From Candidatus Microgenomates bacterium (GTDB lineage Bacteria; Patescibacteriota; Microgenomatia; UBA8517), in assembly GCA_049519355.1 (NCBI GenBank), contig JBEKQV010000001.1, positions 64,688-128,687 of the forward strand: DNA of 64,000 bases. Direction: 5' to 3'. The translations under genes and the position numbers were made by a program. The stretch's first letter is position 1. Each line of letters opens with the position of its first letter. The notes beneath the pieces are model-generated. The model had not been told where the DNA came from. It saw only the letters and a list, made by a program, of their open reading frames with translations, and did not search any database. This document shows positions 10,138 to 19,620 of this stretch, piece by piece.

Positions 10138-11204
10138 TTTGTGCCGAAAAATTCAGAAATCTGACGGTCGGTATAAGTTCCGGGGGATTCTTTCTTTTCA
10201 TAAAAATTTCTGTACCAACCAAATGTGTAATCCAAAGTCTCTTTAAGGTTAAGTTTAGGGCGCCAACCAAGGAGAGATTTTGCTTTAGAAATGTCCAATT
10301 TTAAGAGGTTGGATTCATGGAAACTTTTGTCCGTCATAATTTTATAAGTTCCTTTCTCAAAAAGCTTGATTCCTGTTTCGACAAGTTGCAAAACGGGAAC
10401 AAAGTTTTCGTCGTTTGGCCCAAAATTCCAGGTCGTGATCAATGATTTGTCACCTTCATATAACTTTTTGGCCAAAAGAAGATAACCGGATAGCGGCTCA
10501 AGAACAAACTGCCAAGGCCGAATTGAACTTGGGTTCCTTATCAATATGGCTTCGTTTTTCTCATGCACCGCTCGGACAACATCCGGAATAATTCTATTTG
10601 GGGACCAGTCTCCGCCACCGATAACATTTCCGGCCCGAGTAATCGCAACCAGAGGGCTATCTTCTTCGCTAAGAAAACATTTTATAAAAGATTGGGCAAT
10701 TATATCGGCCGCGGCCTTGCTGGCACTATAAGGATCAATTCCTCCCAGCCTGTCGATTTCTCTATAAGGATGCACCCATTCTTCGTTTTTATAAACCTTA
10801 TCCGAAGTGATTATAACCGCGGATTTAACAGATTTTGTCTCTCTTATAGTTTGCAAAATATTTGCGGTCCCGATGACATTTGTTTCATAGGTTCTGAGAG
10901 GCTCGTCGTAGCTGACCTTGACAATCGCCTGAGCCGCCAGGTGAAAAACTATTTCCGGTTTTTCTTTATTAAATATTTCTTGAAGTTTGGCATGATCTCG
11001 TATGTCACCGTAGTAGTTGTGAATTTTATTTTCAAGCCCGAGAATTACAGACAAATTAGGGTCTGTGTTCGGCTCAAGCGAAACCCCGGTAACTTTGGCT
11101 CCCCAACGATTAAGTACCTCGGCAAGCCAAGCACCCTTAAATCCCGTATGCCCTGTAACAAGAACTTTCTTTCCGGCGAAAAATTTTTCGAGGTCTGAAT
11201 ACAT
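10134..11204 (-). CDS. rfbG: CDP-glucose 4,6-dehydratase
   Basis: TGHTGFKGAWL, HLAAQ, TSDKVY, DPYSASK, RAGNVIGGGDW, RPWQFVLEPLSGYL. Confidence 0.93.
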   Translation of the reverse strand: MYSDLEKFFAGKKVLVTGHTGFKGAWLAEVLNRWGAKVTGVSLEPNTDPNLSVILGLENKIHNYYGDIRDHAKLQEIFNKEKPEIVFHLAAQAIVKVSYDEPLRTYETNVIGTANILQTIRETKSVKSAVIITSDKVYKNEEWVHPYREIDRLGGIDPYSASKAAADIIAQSFIKCFLSEEDSPLVAITRAGNVIGGGDWSPNRIIPDVVRAVHEKNEAILIRNPSSIRPWQFVLEPLSGYLLLAKKLYEGDKSLITTWNFGPNDENFVPVLQLVETGIKLFEKGTYKIMTDKSFHESNLLKLDISKAKSLLGWRPKLNLKETLDYTFGWYRNFYEKKESPGTYTDRQISEFFGTK

Positions 11205-11209
11205 GATGA

Positions 11210-11983
11210 TTATTTTTTCTTCTCCCAGATAACCCAAGGACGTTCGCCTTCCCAAAGCTTATTCAGTTGTTCAAGTTCATTATATGTATCTATCGCTTCC
11301 CAATAACCGGTGTGCTCATACATTGAGAGTTGTTTAGCTTCCGCAAGACTATTTAATCCTTCCTCCATGGCTCCATCAGAAAAATAATCTAAAGCCTTTT
11401 TATCAAAAACCATAAAACCACCACTAATAAACTCTTTCATCATTTGTTTTTGCGCAAACTTAAGAACCAAACCACTCTCTTTATGTGTCTCGACAAGACC
11501 AAAACGTGATTTTTTGTGAACACCTGAAATTGTACCTAAAGTTTTTTGTTTGTGATGAAAATCGACCAGTTTACCTATATCGATATCGGAAACCCCATCC
11601 CCATAAGTAAGCATAAACTCATCCCCGTTTATGAATGGAGCAATTTTCTTAATTCTCCCCCCAGTTAAGGTTTCTGCACCTGTATCTACTAATGTAGCCC
11701 TAAAATTTTTGTTATTCTTGCCGTCAAGAATTGTAATTTGCCCAGTGGAACTATCCAACGTAAAGTTATTGAATCTTGTGTGATAATTCAGGAAAAAGTC
11801 CTTAATCATCTCTCCTTTATAACCCAGCGCGATAATAAAATCATTATACCCATAGTGCATGTAAATCTGCATTATATGCCAAAGGAGCGGCATTCCCCCA
11901 ACCTCAACCATGGGCTTAGGCCTGAACTCAGTCTCCTCTTTCATCCTGGTTCCCTTACCCCCACAAAGAATTACGGTCTGCAT
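11210..11983 (-). CDS. rfbF: Glucose-1-phosphate cytidylyltransferase
   Basis: LCGGKGTRMKEET..PKPMVEVG, LVDTG..TLTGGRI, LTYGDG. Confidence 0.93.
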   Translation of the reverse strand: MQTVILCGGKGTRMKEETEFRPKPMVEVGGMPLLWHIMQIYMHYGYNDFIIALGYKGEMIKDFFLNYHTRFNNFTLDSSTGQITILDGKNNKNFRATLVDTGAETLTGGRIKKIAPFINGDEFMLTYGDGVSDIDIGKLVDFHHKQKTLGTISGVHKKSRFGLVETHKESGLVLKFAQKQMMKEFISGGFMVFDKKALDYFSDGAMEEGLNSLAEAKQLSMYEHTGYWEAIDTYNELEQLNKLWEGERPWVIWEKKK

Positions 11984-12028
11984 AAAGCCAATGCTACTAA
12001 AAATGGGCTGCTTTTGCAACAAGAAGCG

Positions 12029-12529
12029 TTACGTATGCTTGTCAGCAACAGAGGAAGCTCCCCAGCTCTCAGGCTTGGTTTTAGCCTTAAAACCATTTCC
12101 CTGAACCATTCCGACGACCTCCTTTATCATGTCACGTGTTGGCCCCATGGGACCTACGTCTATATGAATCTCAAAATCGTATTTGGCAGAAGAAATAGCC
12201 TCCCGTAGAAGTGGAACAATTTCCTGAGCGGCGGCAAGGGACATCGAAGTCTCCGTATATATTTTGTCCCTTAAAACAGGTACTTTTTGTAGCCTCACTT
12301 TTTTCCAGAAATAGCGAGCGCCGTTTCCCTCCCTGTGAACAATAAGAGCCGTGACAAAATTGATTTCGCTAACACCGTTAACCCTTCGTGCCTGTGAATC
12401 CGAGCCTATAACAACACGGTAAAACTTCTCCGGCATTTCGTTAATAAAATTGGAGATTTCTGAAATCGCCTGAGTAGGTGTCATTTTACCCTTTGTGGGA
12501 CTTATAAAAAGACCGTCTTTTGTATCCAT
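12029..12529 (-). CDS. RNase H-like YkuK/DUF458 family protein
   Basis: IGSDSQ, EIHIDVG, KPESWGASSVADKHT. Confidence 0.85.
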   Translation of the reverse strand: MDTKDGLFISPTKGKMTPTQAISEISNFINEMPEKFYRVVIGSDSQARRVNGVSEINFVTALIVHREGNGARYFWKKVRLQKVPVLRDKIYTETSMSLAAAQEIVPLLREAISSAKYDFEIHIDVGPMGPTRDMIKEVVGMVQGNGFKAKTKPESWGASSVADKHT

Positions 12530-12583
12530 ATAGGCTCGAATTATACCGCAATTGGGTAATCCGGGCAATTTTCGAAGATATCC

Positions 12584-13474
12584 TTAAAGGTTAAGGGATT
12601 TTAGATAATCTCTAAACTTTTCACCTATTTCAGGGTGTTTAATAGCAAATTCCGTTACGGTCTTCAGATATTCAAGTTTATTACCCGTGTCATAGTATTT
12701 TCCGTCTTTTATCTCAACGCCCAAAACATGCTTTCCGCTTTCGAGCATTAGTCTTAGAGCGTCAACATAATAGAATTCATGTCCCTCTTTTATTCTGGAT
12801 AGCGCCGTATCAAGACTGTCAAAAATATCAGGAGTGAAGAGGAATCCCGAAACAGTTGCTAAATCTGATGGTGCATTTTCTTTTCCTGGTTTTTCAATAA
12901 TAGTGTTGGCATCAATTATCCCCGGTTCAAGCTCTTTTCCTCCCACGAAACCATATCTTTCATAATCTTCGTCTTTGGTTGTCTTCACCCCGCTTAGGCA
13001 GCTATAACCGTATTTCTCATAAGCTGCAATAAGCTGCTTAAATCTGGATGGTTTGGCAACTATAAAATCATCACTCCAGGTATAGATAAATGGTTCATTG
13101 CCGATTATTTCGCGTACATTAAGTAAAGGCGTTCCGTTGCCGTATGGACCTTTCTGACGTACATAGATAAAATTAGCCATATTGGCAATTTTCTCAACTT
13201 CCTCCAGAAGTGGCTTTTTCTTCTCTCCGCCCATCTTAAGATTTTCAACCAAATCAAGATTGGGGTAGTCAAAATGATCTTCGATCGTTCTCTTGTGGTA
13301 ACCCGTAACAAGGATTATGTCTTTTATACCTGCATCAACTAGTTCCTCAACAATATATTGGATAATTGGTTTATCGACTATAGGAAGCATTTCTTTAGGC
13401 ATGGCTTTGGTTTGAGGAAGAAAACGGGTCCCGAAACCTGCCGCCGGTATGACTGCTTTTGTAATTTTCTTCAT
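12584..13474 (-). CDS. galU: UTP-glucose-1-phosphate uridylyltransferase
   Basis: KAVIPAAGFGTRFLPQTKAMPKEMLPIVDKP. Confidence 0.93.
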   Translation of the reverse strand: MKKITKAVIPAAGFGTRFLPQTKAMPKEMLPIVDKPIIQYIVEELVDAGIKDIILVTGYHKRTIEDHFDYPNLDLVENLKMGGEKKKPLLEEVEKIANMANFIYVRQKGPYGNGTPLLNVREIIGNEPFIYTWSDDFIVAKPSRFKQLIAAYEKYGYSCLSGVKTTKDEDYERYGFVGGKELEPGIIDANTIIEKPGKENAPSDLATVSGFLFTPDIFDSLDTALSRIKEGHEFYYVDALRLMLESGKHVLGVEIKDGKYYDTGNKLEYLKTVTEFAIKHPEIGEKFRDYLKSLNL

Positions 13475-13513
13475 TGTTTCTGAGAGAAGTATATCACTTT
13501 AGACCATCTCAAA

Positions 13514-13768
13514 TCATGCCCGAATAATTATTGAGAAAATAATAACAAATCCCAAAAGTGCAATGACAATATATTCGAGTACTGTTTCAAGGTGAAGGTC
13601 TTTGTGTAAATAGTGGTGAGTAATTCCCCAAGAAATATAGGACAGGGCTAAAGCTCCACTTACCGCAATCTGAATATTTCTGTCGTACGAAAACAATATT
13701 AAACCGGCAAATCCCGCAAGGAGGATGATAAAAAGGGCTACGTAATGGGATAAATGCTTGAATTTCAT
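13514..13768 (-). CDS. Small membrane protein
   Basis: Three hydrophobic segments, in operon. Confidence 0.7.
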   Translation of the reverse strand: MKFKHLSHYVALFIILLAGFAGLILFSYDRNIQIAVSGALALSYISWGITHHYLHKDLHLETVLEYIVIALLGFVIIFSIIIRA

Positions 13769-14637
13769 ATTATTTGCCCTGCTTTCAATATTAGTATAAC
13801 TGCCAAAATCATGCCAAAAAACGCCAAGTGTGCCAAGGTCCTGCCTCCAATCCTTACTATTCTCTTCCTTCTTACAACTATGAGATCAATTGATAGAACC
13901 AAAATTAAAATTCCGGTCACGAGTAGGGAAATATTCTTGGTCGAGACAAATGGCGAAACATAAGATTGCGTCGGAATGGGTGTGGCCACGATAACGGGTG
14001 CAGGAGTCGGCTGAACTGAGGTTGCAGCAATTTCTTTCGCCTTAGCTACCGGCACCGACAGAGAACCCGAAAGCGGAGTTCCAAAAAACTGCACAATTAT
14101 AGTCGTGTCCACTCCGGCCAGATTTCCTTCAACCACCCCAATGCCAATATCCTGATAATTCGGATTGAGAATGTTCTCTCTATGGGAAGGTGAATTCATC
14201 CAAGCAGTAACCGCCGAGGCTGCGTCCGGAAAATCTCTCGCAAGATTTTCACCCGCGTATTTATATTCATATCCAAATTTCAGAAAGAAACTCCACGGGG
14301 AAGTTCCGTCCGGGGCGAAATGGGCCCAGTATCCTTTAGCCAACATATCATTCCCTTTGGCCAAAGCAGCCGCATCTAGGGTTGGATCCTCCGTTAGCGC
14401 GGTAAGACCGTTTGATTGCCTTTGAACATTTGTTAGTCTTACTACTTCGGAAGGCGAAATGTTGGCTGCGTATCCAAGAACCTGAGGAAATGTTTCATGA
14501 GTAAATCCCAAGATAATTTGGAAGGCAATTAACCCCACAGCGATTAGAACAAGGCTTGAAGAATGCAAAATTTTTGCCTTCTGATTATTGCTTTCGTGGG
14601 GAATAAAAAGATGTCTGAGTAATCGTAAAAACTCCAT
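13765..14637 (-). CDS. CAP (SCP) domain membrane-anchored protein
   Basis: AGENLA, WMNSPSHRENIL, IGIG. Confidence 0.9.
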   Translation of the reverse strand: MEFLRLLRHLFIPHESNNQKAKILHSSSLVLIAVGLIAFQIILGFTHETFPQVLGYAANISPSEVVRLTNVQRQSNGLTALTEDPTLDAAALAKGNDMLAKGYWAHFAPDGTSPWSFFLKFGYEYKYAGENLARDFPDAASAVTAWMNSPSHRENILNPNYQDIGIGVVEGNLAGVDTTIIVQFFGTPLSGSLSVPVAKAKEIAATSVQPTPAPVIVATPIPTQSYVSPFVSTKNISLLVTGILILVLSIDLIVVRRKRIVRIGGRTLAHLAFFGMILAVILILKAGQII

Positions 14638-15629
14638 TACTTCATATTAACATAACCTTGAGGATGGTTTTTGTGCCACAAATAGGCCGATTTTACAATT
14701 TCCGTCAATCCGTATTTCGGCTGCCAATCTAAATCTTTCTTTATTTTCTCATTCGACGCATATAATGTCCCCGGATCCCCTTCTCTTCTAGGCTCATATT
14801 TAACTTTTACTTTCAAACCGGTTTCTTTCTCCACTATCTCAATTACCTGTTTATTGGAGTAACCGTGTCCTATACCTGCGTTATAAAATTCACTTTTTGC
14901 ACCATCTAACAAGGATTTAAGCGCAAGAACGTGGTTCGCAGCTAAATCAAGAACGTGAATGTAATCACGAATACAAGTTCCATCCTGTGTATTGTAATCG
15001 TTCCCGAAAATTCTGACTTCTTTACCGTCTAACGTTCTTTTTATAATATTGGGGATAAGATGGCTTTCTTCCTTGTGATCTTCACCAATCGAACCGTCAA
15101 GACCGGCTCCGGCGGCATTAAAATATCTTAAACCCACAAATTTAATTCCATAGGCCGTGTCGTAATCTTCAAGCATTTTTTCCATAATATATTTAGTTTC
15201 TCCATATGGATTTAATGGATTTTTCGGATCATTCTCTTCAATTGGTAGTTTTGCCGGACTACCGTAAACGGCAGCGCTACTCGACAAAATTATTTTGTCT
15301 ACAGAGTGATTTTTCATAGAATCAAGGAGATTCATAAATCCGTAGACGTTATTTAAATAATATTTGGCAGGGTCATTATATGACTCACTCACTTGAATAA
15401 AACTCGCCATGTGGATAACCCCGTCAAATTTTTCTGAAGCAAAAAGTTCGTTAAGCTTATCTTTTTGACTAACCAAATCGATTACTTCTAACCTGAAATC
15501 TTTAACCGACTCTTTATGACCCTGAGATAGATTGTCCAAAATCACCGGCTCAAATCCTTTTGATAGCAGCTCACGAACCATAAAGCTCCCAATATAACCG
15601 GCACCTCCTGTAACTAATATTTTTTGCAT
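14637..15629 (-). CDS. galE: UDP-glucose 4-epimerase
   Basis: TGGAGYIGS, SSSAAVYG, YGETK, LRYFNAAGA, DGTCIRDYIHV. Confidence 0.95.
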   Translation of the reverse strand: MQKILVTGGAGYIGSFMVRELLSKGFEPVILDNLSQGHKESVKDFRLEVIDLVSQKDKLNELFASEKFDGVIHMASFIQVSESYNDPAKYYLNNVYGFMNLLDSMKNHSVDKIILSSSAAVYGSPAKLPIEENDPKNPLNPYGETKYIMEKMLEDYDTAYGIKFVGLRYFNAAGAGLDGSIGEDHKEESHLIPNIIKRTLDGKEVRIFGNDYNTQDGTCIRDYIHVLDLAANHVLALKSLLDGAKSEFYNAGIGHGYSNKQVIEIVEKETGLKVKVKYEPRREGDPGTLYASNEKIKKDLDWQPKYGLTEIVKSAYLWHKNHPQGYVNMK

Positions 15630-16052
15630 TTAATTTATCCCGAGCTCTAAGAAAAATTTCCGAAAATTCTTGGGTAGTTTGGGTAAGAATTTATAGATTA
15701 AATAAATAGCAACTCCTGCCCCAATCCCGTCAATAAAAACATCTCTGACGGTTGATTCGCGGCCCTGAGTAAACATTTGATGAAACTCATCAGTAGCACC
15801 GTAAAACATGGCAAATATAACCGAATAAATTGCAGCTTTTTTACGGTCCACTCCTTCACCCAATAATGCCCGATAAATCAAAACGGCAAGGGCTCCAAAA
15901 AGAAGAATGTGGCCGGTTTTTTTAACAACAAAATCCTGCCAATAAACCGGCGAAGCCACAGGAATGGTGCCTGAAGAAAAATGAAAAATTAAAGCAGCCC
16001 AAAGAAACGGCGGTAGCCATAAATTAAGTAATTTCAGAATCCTGTTTTTCAT
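15630..16052 (-). CDS. VanZ-like membrane protein
   Basis: KTGH..LFG.L, DEFHQMF..GR....DV.ID. Confidence 0.85.
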   Translation of the reverse strand: MKNRILKLLNLWLPPFLWAALIFHFSSGTIPVASPVYWQDFVVKKTGHILLFGALAVLIYRALLGEGVDRKKAAIYSVIFAMFYGATDEFHQMFTQGRESTVRDVFIDGIGAGVAIYLIYKFLPKLPKNFRKFFLELGIN

Positions 16053-16203
16053 CCACATTAGTATAACTTTTTTTTATGCTTTTAATAATACTAAAAATCG
16101 AAAAGCCGACGAATCCAACAGCAGTCACAATTAACCCCGACGCCAAAAAAAGAAATCCAGACTTCGACTCGCCCGACGGAGAACTTTGAAAAGTCACCGG
16201 CAT
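16024..16203 (-). CDS. Putative 59-aa single-TM protein, not in ORF track
   Basis: Manual translation MPVTFQSSPSGESKSGFLFLASGLIVTAVGFVGFSIFSIIKSIKKSYTNVDEKQDSEIT. Confidence 0.45.
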   Translation of the reverse strand: MPVTFQSSPSGESKSGFLFLASGLIVTAVGFVGFSIFSIIKSIKKSYTNVDEKQDSEIT

Positions 16204-16271
16204 TTCTGTGCCAATAGGTTAACTCAAGAGTTTAGAATTATTGCAATTGTAATTAATTATTACTCAATCCT

Positions 16272-17459
16272 TCAATTGAAGCTAACCGTAAAAGCTAGTG
16301 TAATGTTACTCACGGAATATTTATCCCCAAAATTTTTATCTCCCCCGTTCTCTAAAAATGGGTCATTCATCACGTAATTTCCACCGCTACCGCTTTTCAA
16401 CACGACGTAATGATCCGGGCCTGAATAAAGACCTACAATTACGGGGCCATTTGACAACTTTTGGTCAATTTGTGAAACAGGAAATGAAGTCAAATTAACA
16501 TTTATCCCGTTCACACTGAATTGCCAGTATAGCAGTGCCGTATCTGCATCAGGACTGAAGAAAGCACTGGGAGTATTGGCAATATCACTGGGTTTCAAAT
16601 TTTTACCTTCGTGAGTTGCCATCATCGCTACTGAAGTGACTAAACATCCGTAGTCAGCCATTGTTAAATGGCTGGAACCCATAAAACTATTCCCCCATTG
16701 AGAATCTCGTTGGTTATAATAATAACCCCAACCATCCTGCTGGACTGTCTGGTTATTTAAAATCGAAGCTCCTCCATGACTATTTACAAAGCCTAAGAAT
16801 GCATTTCTCTGCGCTATAGCTTGCGAAAGTAAAGATTGATATTTTTCTTCATCATTTTGTGTAGCAATAAGAAGATTGTTTTTGGCCAATTTTTGTGTAT
16901 TCAAATTTGCCTGCTGAATTTGCAACTGAGACTGCAAAGTCTCTTGTTCGGTCTTTTGACCTTGATAAGTTGTCTGTGCCGATTGAAGTCTCTCAAGTAA
17001 ATTTCTGTCCTCTTCTTGAATTTTTTGAAGATAATGCAATCTCGAAACAGCATCAGTCAAATCAGATGCGGAAAGAAGAAAAATAAAATTATTTTCAAAT
17101 CTTGAAAGTTTATATGTCTCAACTGCTCTAGCAGAAAAAGCTGCAGTCAAACTATCGAGAGACTGACCAAGTTGATCAATTCGTCCACCCAAAAGCACAA
17201 TTTGGGCTTGGGTCTGCGATATTTTTAAAGTCGTAAGTCTTATTTGAGCATTAAATTGTGCAATTTGGTTTGAAAGTGTGTTCGCTGTATTTTGAAGGTC
17301 TGTTACTTTAGTTTGACAAAGACTTTGTAAATTAGTCAAACAACCAAGGTCGTTGGGATCACAAGTGCTATCACAGGATGTCTGAGCTTTGACCACACTT
17401 GCCAAGAAGAAAAATCCTAATACAAGATTGAAGAAAAATAATTTTTTTTTAACATTCAT
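16272..17459 (-). CDS. Secreted coiled-coil protein with C-terminal C39-like peptidase domain (FtsEX partner)
   Basis: Signal peptide, long coiled coil, YNQRD.QW...GCLVTSVAM...HYVV...NDP. Confidence 0.75.
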   Translation of the reverse strand: MNVKKKLFFFNLVLGFFFLASVVKAQTSCDSTCDPNDLGCLTNLQSLCQTKVTDLQNTANTLSNQIAQFNAQIRLTTLKISQTQAQIVLLGGRIDQLGQSLDSLTAAFSARAVETYKLSRFENNFIFLLSASDLTDAVSRLHYLQKIQEEDRNLLERLQSAQTTYQGQKTEQETLQSQLQIQQANLNTQKLAKNNLLIATQNDEEKYQSLLSQAIAQRNAFLGFVNSHGGASILNNQTVQQDGWGYYYNQRDSQWGNSFMGSSHLTMADYGCLVTSVAMMATHEGKNLKPSDIANTPSAFFSPDADTALLYWQFSVNGINVNLTSFPVSQIDQKLSNGPVIVGLYSGPDHYVVLKSGSGGNYVMNDPFLENGGDKNFGDKYSVSNITLAFTVSFN

Positions 17460-18370
17460 CTCTCTTTTTTAACTCTTGAAATTGCAAGTAAACTTCCAGA
17501 AAGGGCAAGGACAAGACCTATTAGTATTTCCCCTATAAAAATAATTCCGAAAAGTTCAAAAATTCCAAGTGCACTTTCCGGCAAAATAGGAATTTCACCA
17601 AAGTAAGAAACGGCGGTAGGTGCCAAATATAAAATAGCAATAAACGCAATAGCCCACCCCAACACAATTCCAAAAGCAGTATAAATAAACGCTTCAATAA
17701 TTATCGGACTTCTGATAAAACCTTGTGTGGCTCCAATTAAATTAAGTATTTCGACTTCTTCCTTTCTTCCCACAATCCTCATACTGATAATCGTTAGAAG
17801 TACAACGAGTGAGGTTATTGCCAAAAGTCCAACAAATACTACCCCTCCGATCTTAACGTAAGTTGTAATCGTTCTCAAACGCGCAACAACCTGATTAAGG
17901 CTGGTTTCACCCCCGAGAGCCGCGGTAAAGCCAACCGAATCGACAATGGGTTCACTTTTAACGGAATCAATCGCCGTCTGAGCATAAGACAAATCCGTGA
18001 CGGAAAATTCCAAGGACGCCGGGAATATTGAAGGACTTACGAGTTGTCCCAAAAGAGGATTGTCACTTGTGGCATTTTTATAAATTGATAAAGCTTCTTC
18101 CTTACTCACGTATTTAACGTCCTGAATCTTAGGATTGGTTTGGAGTTTGTGTTGTAAATTGGCAATATCGTTATCACTCGCCGTGTCCTTCAAAAAAGCA
18201 ATTACCTGTGGCCGTGTCTCAAAATATGTAATAAGTTTTGAGGAAGAATAAACCAAAACGGAAACCAACGTGGCCACAAAAAAAGTCAGGCTAAGAACAA
18301 AAGTCGCAGCTAAGGCTTGGAAAGGTGAACGCCTTATATAATCCCATGCTGTTTTAAAATGAATATTCAT
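17456..18370 (-). CDS. ftsX: Cell division permease FtsX
   Basis: YVSKEEAL, EVEILNLIGAT..FI..P; follows ftsE. Confidence 0.9.
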   Translation of the reverse strand: MNIHFKTAWDYIRRSPFQALAATFVLSLTFFVATLVSVLVYSSSKLITYFETRPQVIAFLKDTASDNDIANLQHKLQTNPKIQDVKYVSKEEALSIYKNATSDNPLLGQLVSPSIFPASLEFSVTDLSYAQTAIDSVKSEPIVDSVGFTAALGGETSLNQVVARLRTITTYVKIGGVVFVGLLAITSLVVLLTIISMRIVGRKEEVEILNLIGATQGFIRSPIIIEAFIYTAFGIVLGWAIAFIAILYLAPTAVSYFGEIPILPESALGIFELFGIIFIGEILIGLVLALSGSLLAISRVKKER

Positions 18371-18392
18371 TATTTAATTTTATCATCATATG

Positions 18393-19073
18393 TCACTTCT
18401 CATTAGATGTCATCTTACCACCGACAATATTAATGGTTCTTTTTTTGTATTTTTTGACAATATCAAGATTGTGGGTTGCCATTATTATTGTTTTACCCTC
18501 CGCGTTTATTTTCTCGAAAAGCTGCATCAAATTGTCAGACGTTTCCCAATCAAGATTCCCTGTTGGTTCATCAGCCAAAATAATTTTCGGATTTACTACC
18601 AAGGCGCGTGCCAGAGAAACTCTTTGAAGCTCGCCTCCCGAAAGTTGTGAAGGAAAAAGATTTATCTGTCTTGAAAGTCCTGCGAGTTTTAAAACGTGAG
18701 TCACTCTTTCCTGCCAAACGTTTTCCGGAAGTCCTATTACAGCCAGAGCCACTGAAACATTTTCATAAACGGTTCGTTCGGGAAGAACCTTAAAATCCTG
18801 AAAAACAGTTCCTATTTTTTGCCTAAAAAGGGGCAGATCTTTACTACCCAGAGTTTTGACATTGAATCCGTCAACCGTTGCCTCACCAACATCCGGTGTG
18901 AGCTCACCAAGAATGATTTTCAAAATTGTCGTTTTACCCGCACCGGATGGCCCAGTAATAAACACAAACTCACCTTTTTTAACATCAAAAGAAACATCAC
19001 TAAGAGCCAGATGTGTTCCAAATTTCTTTGTAACGCCTCGAAAATGAATAATTCCGATTTCTTCTGTAGACAT
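18393..19073 (-). CDS. ftsE: Cell division ATP-binding protein FtsE
   Basis: GPSGAGKTT, VFQDFK, LSGGE, ADEPTGNLD. Confidence 0.92.
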   Translation of the reverse strand: MSTEEIGIIHFRGVTKKFGTHLALSDVSFDVKKGEFVFITGPSGAGKTTILKIILGELTPDVGEATVDGFNVKTLGSKDLPLFRQKIGTVFQDFKVLPERTVYENVSVALAVIGLPENVWQERVTHVLKLAGLSRQINLFPSQLSGGELQRVSLARALVVNPKIILADEPTGNLDWETSDNLMQLFEKINAEGKTIIMATHNLDIVKKYKKRTINIVGGKMTSNEK

Positions 19074-19131
19074 AGTGTTGGGAACAGCTCTAGAGTAGCA
19101 AGTGAAAACAAAGAAAGCCAGTGTTAAATGC

Positions 19132-19575
19132 TTAAGGAGTTACCTGAACTTTGGAAACGTCCATCAACCATCCTGCCTTTTTCGAAGCTAAAGTTTCACC
19201 CCAAACCTGAACTTTCTTGTTTAGAAACGAGCTCAGATCAACCACACTTGACGTTAAATAAACAAAGTTCACGGGGCCTGAATTGCGGTCAAGATGAAAT
19301 GTCCCTTCATTGCCAATTCCGCCTGCAAGTAGAGTCCCTGTCGCCGTATCATATTTAATATTCGGATCCAAAAATCCCGCACTATTTGAGGTTACCTTCG
19401 CACCGGGAGCGGCTTCGTTAGAACTTGTCTTTGCCGCATTGGCTGAAATCATCCATGCAGTACCTACTCCGACTAGAACAACAACCAATGCTCCTACAAT
19501 ATAAGGCCAAACCTTTTTAATGCCGCCTTTTGGAAAACTATTCATTATTGGAGCAACCGGACTTTGAGGATTCAT
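19132..19575 (-). CDS. Hypothetical membrane-anchored protein
   Basis: N-terminal TM, beta-rich C-terminus. Confidence 0.7.
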   Translation of the reverse strand: MNPQSPVAPIMNSFPKGGIKKVWPYIVGALVVVLVGVGTAWMISANAAKTSSNEAAPGAKVTSNSAGFLDPNIKYDTATGTLLAGGIGNEGTFHLDRNSGPVNFVYLTSSVVDLSSFLNKKVQVWGETLASKKAGWLMDVSKVQVTP

Positions 19576-19620
19576 AACCACAATATAACACCTAAAAAAC
19601 CGAAAAAGCAAATGCAAAAA

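Noticed and set aside
8758-11198. Long antisense ORFs (8758-9456, 10563-11198) and similar ones in secA, lon and the rSAM genes
   Set aside because: They lie opposite well-supported genes and have no motifs.
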